Of a stretch of DNA of 64,000 nt, positions 53,118 through 64,000 are shown one piece after another. This DNA is from the human T2T-CHM13v2.0 reference genome, Homo sapiens. Both the position numbers and the translations under genes were made by a program. Location of the stretch: NCBI RefSeq assembly GCF_009914755.1, contig NC_060929.1. One strand, written 5' to 3'. Position 1 is the first letter of the stretch. Every line of letters starts with the position of its first letter. Below the pieces are notes generated by a model that saw only the letters and a list, made by a program, of their open reading frames with translations, was not told the DNA's origin and made no database searches.

Positions 53118-54887
53118 TTAGTGTTTTGTTTTGCAACTCAGATTTTCCACTTAAGACTACTGACTAGTGGGCACATGTACATCAATCTCTATCTATGTTG
53201 GGACTTGGTTCTAGCCTTCTGGGGAGAATTATCAGGAAATGGAAATGACCCACTAGGGTAGGCAGTGAGTTAAGGACCTCTCCTCACACTTCGAAGAGGT
53301 GCCTCAAGCAGTTTTCTTTTCTGGCTACTAGGAATTCCTATAGGGGCACGTGTGTGGGTGGGGCAGAGGAGCAGCATCTTTCCTTTGGCCATCTCCACCT
53401 AACGTAGCAGCAGCTTTTCTCTTTCCCCTAGACCTTCTGGGCTTTGAGTTCAAGGGATTAGGGAGAAGGCCACAGAGACAGCTTCCTTTTTGACAGACAG
53501 GCAGTAGCTAGGAATGGAAGCTACAGACTTCAGCAGGATGGCTTGGAGAAAACAGCAGTGCCCTCTGCTGTGAAGCATGCATGTGACACTCTAGGGCAAG
53601 AGCATGTGCAAACCTTGTCAAATAAAAAAATTAAAAGCCAGTCCAACCACTCAGGCACGTGCATGGGCCGCCCTATGGCTACAACCCCCCTTCCCTCCCA
53701 CTCACTTTAAAAAAGTGTCTCTGTTCCAGAGCCTGGGAAGAGGGTATGTTTGTCTCTGTTCTGTCTCAGCCTAGGCTGTAGAGGGCTTCGTCCTGTTCCG
53801 TCCTGGGCTATCAGTCCTACTAGGTTAATACCAGAGAATGACAATGTTCAGTCAGTTCTACTGCCACCCAAGACCAAGTAGTGCCACACCTTACTACAGA
53901 TAAAGGCCTATTCATATTAAAAAGCTCCAAGAAAGGAAACCCTGGCATACTGCAGAAGAGTACAGTTAAAAAATCTTCCTGAAGTCTAATGGATCTTGCT
54001 TTGTTTTATTCCTATCTTCATATATCACAAATCTCTACTTCCAACCATCCTAAATCCTAAAACTTGTCTTTGTGAGACGTGAAATGGAGTGGAGAAAAGA
54101 CTTAAAAGTCAAAACCCCCCTAAGGCTATAGATAGGGAACTTTTTTTTTTTTTTTTTGAGATGGAGTCTTGCTTTGACACCCAGGCCGGAGTGCAGTGAA
54201 AAATCTTGTTCACTGCAACATCTGCCTCCCAAGTTGAAGTGATTATCCTGCCTCAGTCTCCCGAATAGCTGGGATTACAGGCAGCCACCACGATGCCTGG
54301 CTAATTTTTGTATTTTTAGTATAGACGAGGTTTTGCCATGTTAGCCAGGGTGGTCTTGAACTCCTGACCTCAGGTGTTCCGCCAGCCTCAGCCTCCCAAA
54401 GTGCTGGGATTACAGGTGTGAGCCACTGCCAAGAGGGAACCTTTGAGCCCAGCTGAGATCTGTCATTTGCCTTAGAGAATGTCTAGATACCACATGCTGC
54501 TGAGTCTGTGGTGCACTTTTAGTAACGCATACCATGGAATGATCTAGGAAAGGAAAGCCCAGGACATTGCTGAAGAAAACTGTTTGAAAGGCTTACCTTA
54601 ATTCCAGAGCATTGGTTCATTTTTTTTTGAGATGGAGTCTTACTCTGTTGCCCAGGCTAGAGTGCAGTGGATTTTGGCTCACTGCAACCTCCACCTCCTG
54701 AGTTCATGCAATTCTCCTGCCTCAGCCACCCTAGTAGCTGGGATTACAGGTGTGTGCCACCATGCCTGGTTAATTTTTGTATTTTTTTTAGTAGAGATGG
54801 GGTTTCACCATGTTGGTCAGGCTGGTCTCGAACTTCTGACGTCAAGTGATCTGCCTGCCTTGGCCTCCCAAAGTGCTGGGATTACTG

Positions 54888-55078
54888 AGCACTGGTTCTT
54901 AAGCCTTACCATGTATTAGAATTAACTGAAAAGGGAGATTTTTAAAACCCAGATTTCTGTGCCCTAACCTCACAAGTTCTGATTTAAGAGGTCTGGGGTG
55001 AGGCCTGAACATCTGTATTTCAAACAAGTTCAGATGATGTTGATGATCTAGGGTCCAAACTTTGAGAATTACTGGTTG
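54888..55078. mobile_element. MER5-type hAT DNA transposon relic
   Basis: CACTGGTTCTTAA...GGTCTGGGGTGAGGCCTG...CTTTGAGAATTACTG architecture. Confidence 0.65.
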
Positions 55079-55502
55079 TTTGGTATTTGTTTTTTGAGAC
55101 AGTCTCTCTCTGTTGCCCAGGCTGGAGTGCGGTGGCACGATCTCATTGCAACCTTCACCTCCTGAGTTCAAGCGATTCTCCTGCATCAGCTTCCTGAGTA
55201 GCTGGGACTACAGGCACACGCCACCATGCCTGGCTAATTTTTGTATTTTTAGTAGAGATAGGGTCTCACCATGTTGGCCTCGAACTCCTGACCTGAAGTG
55301 ATCCACCCGCCTCGGCCTCCCAAAGTGCCAGGATTACAGGTGTGAGCCACGGCCTAAGAATTACTGGTTTAGAGAAAAGCATGTTGGCCTCAGCTATGAA
55401 TAAAGATAGTATGTCTGAAGTAGTCTAACTTGGTGATCTCCTCTGTAGACAGATCTTCTAGGAGCAGGCTAGGCTCACAATCACACCTCTCATTCTGTAG
55501 TG

Positions 55503-55508
55503 TTTATT
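55503..55508 (-). terminator. CDC25C: CDC25C polyadenylation signal AATAAA
   Basis: Plus-strand tttatt ~400 nt after the stop; GT-rich GGTGTGATTGTG lies downstream on minus. Confidence 0.8.
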
Positions 55509-55910
55509 TTTCCATTTTTAAAAAAGAAAGAGGGGGAAACAAAGAAGGAAAATACAAAGAAAGAAGGTAGACAACGCTCTTGCATAGCCCGAAGCCCAGA
55601 GAGAAAGAGTTGGCTGGCTTGTGAGAAGACATGAGGAGTTGGGAAAAGGAATGCCAGAGTTCCCTGAACCAATACAAATCTCTATGCAACTCAAGGCTGC
55701 CTTATAGAGCCAGCTCCAGGACTCTGCCACCAGCTTTCAGCTCTGCTGAAACCTAATCCATTCCCAGGCCTGGATACAAGTTGGTAGCCTGTTGGTTTGC
55801 AGAGACATCTTTTAATAATCTTGGGTTTGGCCATCCAGAAGGCCTCTTTCTGCTCAGGGTTTCTGCAGTGTCTTTTGGTGACTTGTTAGCAGCCAGTGGC
55901 TGGAATGTTA

Positions 55911-56060
55911 TCATGGGCTCATGTCCTTCACCAGAAGGGCAATCTGCTCCCGCAGCTGCCGCTCCCCTTCCTGCACTTTGCTCTGGCTTCGACACCTCAG
56001 CAACTCAGTCTTGTGGTCCTGATGATGCATAGGGCAGTAGCTCTGTGGTTCACACAGTTC
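55911..56060 (-). CDS. CDC25C: CDC25C last coding exon ([17 protein letters not shown]...VKDMSP*)
   Basis: Acceptor tttcag|GAA; TGA at 55913-55911; 150 nt. Confidence 0.97.
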   Translation of the reverse strand, partial: ELCEPQSYCPMHHQDHKTELLRCRSQSKVQEGERQLREQIALLVKDMSP

Positions 56061-56240
56061 CTGAAAGGTAAGGAACAGAGTAAGGGATTCTCTAGACTCC
56101 TGAACTCTACCTATGAAGGATAATAGAGATGCTGCTGCTGGCAGTGGCTAAGGAGGAGCAGCAGTTTCTTCTCTGAAGGCTTTGCAGGCCCTGGGAGTTG
56201 AGTTGTTAAAGTTTGGCTCCCCGCATGCCCCACCCTTTAC

Positions 56241-56352
56241 CATATATTCTGGAAAGAAGTCTCTGTAGCCGCCTTTAAGGATATATAGCTCTGGGTAGTA
56301 CAATGCAGGATACTGGTTCAGAGACCTGTCCTCTTCACGCAGACAGCGGCAC
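56241..56352 (-). CDS. CDC25C: CDC25C exon ([38 protein letters not shown])
   Basis: Acceptor ctaaag|GTG, donor ATG|gtaaag; 112 nt; [11 protein letters not shown] motif. Confidence 0.97.
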
Positions 56353-56715
56353 CTTTAGAGAGAACCCAGAGATGGGTGGGGTGGAAAGAAACAAGGTCAG
56401 GATCCCAGGGGCCATTCACTGGGGAGGGGGGAGAGGAGTAGACTATTGCCAACCTCAAAAAGGACTTTCCAATCTCCCTGTGTTTGCAAAAAAAGGTCCA
56501 AGTAGTACCACCCTTCCTCCTTTCCTCCACTGCAGCCTCATTCTCAATCCCTTTTCCTTTATTGTTTCAAACTTTTCAATTTTAGAAACGTCTTCCTTCA
56601 ACCTCCCTAACATTCTTCAAACTGTAGAATCCAGTCAGTCTCTGTCTGAACTGGTGTGGGAAGTCCAACTCAAAATCCATTTCCATCACCCGCCAGACCC
56701 CATTTAGACACTCAC

Positions 56716-56849
56716 ATTCGGGGGCCCCTCTCTGAGGAGAATTCACAGTGGAACACGATGATTATTCTCTTCTGGGTGTCCAAAGGGACGATGGGCTTCT
56801 TCAGAAAGAAGTTAAACAGTTCTTCCTGACTATATAAGTTTAAGGCTCC
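56716..56849 (-). CDS. CDC25C: CDC25C catalytic exon ([10 protein letters not shown]...[13 protein letters not shown])
   Basis: Acceptor ctacag|GGA, donor CGAAT|gtgag; 134 nt; HCX5R active site HCEFSSER at 56750-56727. Confidence 0.98.
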
Positions 56850-57387
56850 CTGTAGAAGAAGAATTTTAGTAAGTATTTCCTCAGGGGCTTATAGACAGTG
56901 CCAATACTTAGAAATGACTGAGACGCCAACCTGGGATAATGTGGACCAGAAAAGCTGGACTATAAGCACCTTTAGGGCAGGGGTCTAAGTATATCTCTGT
57001 ATATACCCTGAACGCCTGGCATAGAGCTTGTAGATGGTCAATAAATGTTTATAGACCTGAACCACTGGAAGTATAGAGATCACTGCGAGGAATGTTCATG
57101 AATAGTAAGTGTTTGCAAAGTGCTTCAGTCCTTGGATTAATGTTTTTATTTCTAGGTAGGACCCCTTGGCTCCTACAGAAAAGAGGGAGATAGATCTAGG
57201 AGGGAAAGGGAAAGTAACCTGCTTAAGGTATACAGAATTAAAACAATGAGGACCTCAGCCTTGAGGTGCTTCAAATATGTAATCTTTGTCCTGACTCTAG
57301 AGTTCATAGACCCCTTTGTCCACAGACTCTTCTCAATAAAGAGTTATCTCCAGCCCTCCCCTACTAATGGCCACAATGTCGTCTCAC

Positions 57388-57486
57388 CTGGATGTGTCCT
57401 CCCAGATACTCATATGGATAGCGACAATCAATGACATAAAACTTCTCAATCAGACCCTGGAACTTCCCCGACAGTAAGGCAGCCAC
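57388..57486 (-). CDS. CDC25C: CDC25C exon ([33 protein letters not shown])
   Basis: Acceptor tccag|GTG, donor CAG|gtgag; 99 nt; [14 protein letters not shown] rhodanese-fold motif. Confidence 0.97.
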
Positions 57487-58237
57487 CTGGACAGAAACAA
57501 TGACTGAATATTCTGCTCACTGCCACTCTGAGGGAGAGAAGGGTCAATGACACAGTTCCTTACAAGCATACTCCTGTTCTGTCCACTGTATGTCCAGCCT
57601 CCAAAGTCACCCCATATTTGATATGTGGCAATGATTCAGCCCCACTCCACAAAAGAGAATGAAACAGGAAGTGGCCCTTTTAGAGAACCAAAATAGCTGG
57701 CACTGACAAGATACCAAGGAAAACCATATTCAGGCTACCCATCTGGGGATAGGCATGGCTGGACTCAGGAGATGCCCAAGGACTTCTGCAGTGGCAGAGG
57801 CAGCAGCTAGAGAGCTTGAAATTGCAGGAAGAAATGCAAAATGGTTCCCTACCCACCATCAAAAAGGAAGAAAGTAAGTCTTTCAGGAAAGGATATGGAA
57901 GGGAAAGGTTGATACCTAAAGGAAGGAAGAAACTGAAGCTACTTGTAGGAGTGCAAATTGGTTCAGCCTTTCTGAAGGGAACTTTGTAAATACATATACA
58001 AATAAATGTAATCACACTTTGACTCAGCAATTTCTAACATCTTAAGTAAACAGGAAAAGTACACAAAGATGTAGGCACAATTATATTCATCTCAGCATTG
58101 TTTTATATTATCAATATATTAGAAATAACTTCAATATTCAATAATAGGGGTTTGGTAAAATAAATTGTACATGTCAGTAGAATAGAGCGGCATTATATAG
58201 CCATTAAAATGACAATATAGATACCTTATTGATATAG

Positions 58238-58606
<369 letters not shown>

Positions 58607-59132
58607 TAAAACATATGCTAGAATAAAATCTGGGGCTGGGCGCAGTGGCTCACACCTGTAATCCCAGCACTTTGGGAGGCTGAGGAGGGTGGATCACCAG
58701 AGGACAGGAGTTTGAAACCAGCCTGACCAACATAGTAAAACCCCGTCTCTACTAAAAATACAAAAATTAGTCGGTGTGATGGCTGGCACCTGTAATCCCA
58801 GCTACTTGGGAGGCTGAGGCAGGAGAATGACCTCCGGGAGGCAGAGGTTGCAGCAAGCCGAGATTGTGCCATTGCACTCCAGCCTGGGCAACAAGAGCGA
58901 AACTCCATGTCTAAAAATAAAATAAAATCTGGAAGGCCATAGGAAAATATGACTAGTGGTTATCTCTGGTGATGAGATTGTGGGTATGGTGACCAAATAA
59001 TTTTTGTACAAACTGGGAGACTTTTGAGAATGAAAGCAAACACTATTAATAATTACCCTCACTAATAGATGAAAATGGGATTGTAAAATGTAAACGAGGG
59101 TGCATGGTCACCCTAATTGAGACCTTAATTGA

Positions 59133-59426
<294 letters not shown>

Positions 59427-59719
59427 TGAGATCTGCCTGCCTCAGCCTCCCAAAATGCTAGGATTTCAGGCGTGAGCCACCATGCCTGACCCCTCCCTTT
59501 TTCCCTTTTACAAAAACTATGTATCATTTGTTTAACTAAAAACGAAGGAGAGAGAAGAATGGGGAAAAAAATGAGTCCTTCAATATAACTTCAGTTGAAT
59601 AAGGAGCCTGTGTGAGTGAACACAGTGAAAGAAATACAAATGGAAATGGGCATTTTAGGGACAGAAGAGACCAGATGGTAGCTTATGTAACCAGTTACCA
59701 TCTCCAGAAATCTGCTTAC

Positions 59720-59782
59720 TGTTTCTGGGTTGACATACTTCAGATCTTGGTGTTTCCCTGACACGGTTGGCAGCGCACATAC
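59720..59782 (-). CDS. CDC25C: CDC25C exon ([21 protein letters not shown])
   Basis: Acceptor ttctag|GTA, donor ACA|gtaagc; 63 nt; GKHQDLKY motif. Confidence 0.95.
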
Positions 59783-60857
59783 CTAGAAATACACAAGAGC
59801 TGAAATAACAGCAAGTATTCCACACCCAAGTTTGAGATCAAAGACCCTTATTTTGTCCTTCTTTCCAAGTGACCCTTAAAACCCCAGAGGCCTTCAAAAA
59901 AATCAGTGTCTCTATAAAGTGCATATACATCAAGTCCATTTCTAAGAACTGATCCTAAAGAACAAATCAAGGATGTGTACGAAGTTTTAGATTTCTCTAC
60001 AAATATATTCATCTTGGTATCATTCATAAGAAAAAATTGTAAAACCAAATATCTTACAAGAAGGGATTTATGAAGAAATTATGAGCAGCCAAAAAAAAAA
60101 AAAAAAGAAATAATATGGAGCTATTAAAATGAAATGGGCTGGGCATGGTGGCTCATGCCTGTAACCTCAGTGCTTTGGGAAGCCAAGGAGAGAGAGGATT
60201 TCTTGAGGCCAGGAGCTCGAGGCTGAAGTGAGCTATGATCATGCCAATGTACTCCAGCCTGGGCAACAGATCAAGACCTTGAATCTTAAAAAAAGAAAGA
60301 ATGAAGCATAACTGCTTATTAATATGAAAAAAGATGCCCCTGATATAATTATTAAATGAGAGGAAAAACAACAGATAACAAAACAATATAAACTGTTTTT
60401 GTAGAAAAGCAAAAACTGTATTTGTATATGTGTTTGTGAAAACACAGAAAAAAATCTGTAAGAATATGTACCTTCTGCAATTACACAGACAGTAGGGGGG
60501 AAAAAAAGAGTATATACTAAGCAATATTACCCTGGTTAATAAAGTTTGGGATAAATTTCTTCATTTTCTACTTTTTCTGTAACAACCAAGTATTATTTAC
60601 ATAATTTTAAAATATGTTTTTAAACAGAAAAAAGGTAAAAAGTCTCATACTTTCCCCTGTTCTGGATCTTCCCAGAAGAATAAGAAATACTTTCTCTCTG
60701 GAAAGGCTTAGGGCCTGGATCTACCACTAGAGCACTGTCAGGTTACCAAAGAGTACTTGGTGAGGATGCATATTTACACCAGGCATTCTCGGCAAACAGA
60801 GAAGATTCAGATCCAAAATGACTCACTGAAATACAGGATGGGTGTAGCCAAACTCAC

Positions 60858-60959
60858 CTTGGAAAAATCACCAATCAGGTGCCCCTGGTTAGAATCTTCC
60901 TCCAGCATCTGAGTGATAGTAATGTCACACAGAGAGACTGTCTTCTTTAAACATAAGCC
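60858..60959 (-). CDS. CDC25C: CDC25C exon ([34 protein letters not shown])
   Basis: Acceptor cttcag|GGC, donor AAG|gtgagt; 102 nt; LIGDFSK motif of Cdc25. Confidence 0.96.
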
Positions 60960-60998
60960 CTGAAGATGACAAGATTCCCACCCCACACCCAATCCTCA

Positions 60999-61178
<180 letters not shown>

Positions 61179-61545
61179 TTATTATTTTTAATAATAAATA
61201 AATATTGAGGCTGCAGTGAGTCAAGACCATGCCACTGCAATCCAGCCTGGGTGACAGAGTGAGACCCCATCTCAGGGGAAAATAAATAAATAAATAAATA
61301 AGTTGATTTTATAAAATATCCAAAGATTTTAGAATTTTAATTTTTTATTTTATTTTTTTTTATTAGAGATGGGGTCATGCTATATTGACCAGGCTGGTCT
61401 TGAACTTCTGACCTTAAGTGATCCTCCCATCTATTTAATTTTTTTAAAGTTGGGGAGGGTAAAGGACAAAGGCTAAGTTTTTCAGAAGTTGCTTTCCACA
61501 AAACCAACCTGCTATATGATGTTGTTTCTGTCAGACTGCATGTAA

Positions 61546-61856
<311 letters not shown>

Positions 61857-62186
61857 TGAACTCCTGAGCTCAGGCAATCCGCCCGCCTCGGCCTCCCAAA
61901 GTGCTAGGATTATAGGCGTGAGCCACTGCACCCGGCCTATGACAACATTTCTAAAAGTACAATATAGATATACTTTATGTATCTATGTTATATAAATATT
62001 TTATATATATATATATTTCACGTGGATACAGATGTAGAAAAGACAGAAAGATGGAAAGAACAAAGAGGAAAAAGTAAAAGTAAAGAGGAAGAAGACAAAA
62101 AAGGCATAATAAAACAATCCTCATACCAGAAAAGCAAAGACATGAGATAGAAGATGAACAAGATTTTCATCTTAAAAAGTTCTTAC

Positions 62187-62333
62187 CTTCCTGAGCTTTC
62201 CTTGGCCAGAAAAATACTTTTTTTTAACTTTATCTGGTATTGTGTTGTCCTTGAATTTTTCCACCTGCTTCAGTCTTGGCCTGTTCAAGTTCTCTGGCAT
62301 CGACGGGGAGCGATATAGGCCACTTCTGCTCAC
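62187..62333 (-). CDS. CDC25C: CDC25C internal exon (aa ~206-254: [15 protein letters not shown]...KVKKK...KLRK), with the Ser216 14-3-3 site and basic NLS
   Basis: Acceptor aaacag|GTG, donor AAG|gtaaga; 147 nt; RSPSMP motif with Ser codon at 62303-62301; upstream exons lie outside the window. Confidence 0.97.
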
Positions 62334-62354
62334 CTGTTTGGGAATATTAAACCC

Positions 62355-62525
62355 CCTAGTTCTTACTCCTCCAAGTGTGTCTGCAGACCTGCAGCAACAA
62401 CATCTCCTGGGAGCTTCTTTGAAATGCAGGTTTCCAGATGTTAGGCCACACCCCAAACCTACTGAATTAAAATCTGCATTTTAACAAGATGCCCAGGTGA
62501 TTTCTCAAGTTTGAGAAGCCTTGGG
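62355..62525. mobile_element. MER5-type DNA transposon relic next to a CDC25C acceptor
   Basis: GCAGCAACAACATCTCCTGGGAGCTT...AAATCTGCATTTTAACAAGAT...AGTTTGAGAAGC. Confidence 0.65.
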
Positions 62526-64000
62526 TAGGCAACCTGTCTTCATAGGCCCGTTAATATCTTTCTACCTGGACTGCATGATATTCCATCTCCATGGACGTCT
62601 TAACTAGCCAAACCAAATTCTGCAGCTGACTGTCTTAGATGCACCAGTTCTTCTAACAGAAAGCAAACACAAGCTCAGTCCCTCCAGTTATGTGACCAAA
62701 AAAAAAAAAAAAAAAAAAAAACATAAGTCCATTTTGTCTCTGGGATCCTAGGACATTGACAATCAGGATTTAAGGACCTCAACAAACCTAAAGATGAAAA
62801 GCCAAGAAGAAAAATAGCAAAAGAAGCATCATGCAAGAAAAAAGGACACACTAAAATCAAATAGCATGCTGACCATTATAGGATGGATACTATGAAACCC
62901 ATCAGGGAAAAAAAAGTGGCTCAAACGTCATGAAGAACTAGCCTTGAGAATTGCTTACACAGGAACAGATTAAAGTATAAGAGGATAGACTGTTGTTTAT
63001 TTGAAAGGCATGGTTTGGGTGCTATATTCAGAGTTGAGGGTCTATCAAATGACCTCTGATAACACCTTCCAACTAATCCACAATTCTATCCTCTGTTGCC
63101 ACATACTTTGAGATCTCTACCTCTCACCTAGAGAACAGGCAAAAGCTCCTTCTCTAAACACTTATCGCACTACCTGTTATGGACTGATTTAGGAGGGGGG
63201 CTATACAATAAGAGAGCCATAACTGGAAGGCAGCTTGATGATCAATGGTTTCTGGAAGAACGAAATAAGAATAACAACATTTTGCTTTATGACAGCTATG
63301 GATATTATGTTGTTTATCACACACATGGTCCTACCTCTTGTTCGTGATACCAGCTGATGGTACCGTCCACATTATACGTACCCTTAGACTCCTTCCAAAC
63401 ATCGCCCTATGTCCCCATCCACCCTACCCCCCAGACACTGATGACTGGACCATATTGCTGGTTGAACACATCTATTTAGTGGTCTAGAATAAGCAAAAAT
63501 AATCTAGGCCAATCAGGTTCCCTCTCTTGGTTGCCTAACTTGGAAGATGGAGAAATAATTAGGCAGTAGCAGAAGCCAAAGCCCAAAAGGAAGAAGCCAA
63601 GAGATACAGTCAAGGCCACGAAGCCAGTGATGCATGAATGGATCAACCAAAGGTAGGGTAAGAAAGGAGATATGGTGAGGCACTGAGGAGTAGGGTGCCT
63701 GGTCTCCATGACAGACAGGACTTCATATAACTTCAATTTTCCCCTGAGAAGGCAGGGGAAAGCTAGATGAGGATTTCAAAAGGGGCTTCTCTAGAACACA
63801 CCATAATAATTATGCTAAGAGCCATATTACTAAGAGTTTGGAATTAATTAGCTAATTGAAACTTATCTTTTTTTTTTTTTTTTTGAGATAGGGTCTCGCT
63901 GTCACTCTGGTTGGAGTGCAGTGGCACAATCTTAGCTCACTGCAACCTCTGCCTCTCAGGCTCAAGCGATCCTCCCAACTCAGCCTCCTGAGTAACTGGG

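Noticed and set aside
63476-63736. 86-aa minus-strand ORF with a hydrophobic, TM-like stretch
   Set aside because: Starts at TTG, is intronic, and its Leu/Phe richness follows from the T-rich strand; no recognisable homologue

Overview
Primate (human-like), extremely Alu-rich genomic DNA. It contains the complete GFRA3 gene on the minus strand: 8 coding exons, 44656->23201, all GT-AG, summing to 1203 nt = 400 aa + stop. Upstream on the same strand is the 3' part of CDC25C: 7 coding exons, 62333->55911, including the Ser216 14-3-3 site and the HCEFSSER catalytic loop. This gene pair is known from human 5q31. The rest is Alu, L1, MIR, MaLR and MER5 repeats, microsatellites, a processed RPS27A pseudogene in GFRA3 intron 1, the GFRA3 promoter CpG island and an orphan CpG island near 12.0-12.5 kb. 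Most ORFs in the supplied track are Alu/L1 or low-complexity artefacts. I cannot demonstrate a new multi-gene system. The most unusual signals are: (1) a CpG-rich fold-back insert in a MIR at ~9.3 kb sharing 19 identical bases with the CpG island 3 kb away; (2) a multi-arm inverted repeat upstream of GFRA3 exon 3; (3) a near-perfect 112-bp tandem duplication; (4) a young AluYg6-type insertion; (5) a zero-spacer inverted Alu pair; (6) exons that regenerate 5' splice sites; (7) possible decayed plus-strand exons antisense within CDC25C introns. Exon boundaries were read base by base. Repeat boundaries and subfamily names are by-eye estimates.
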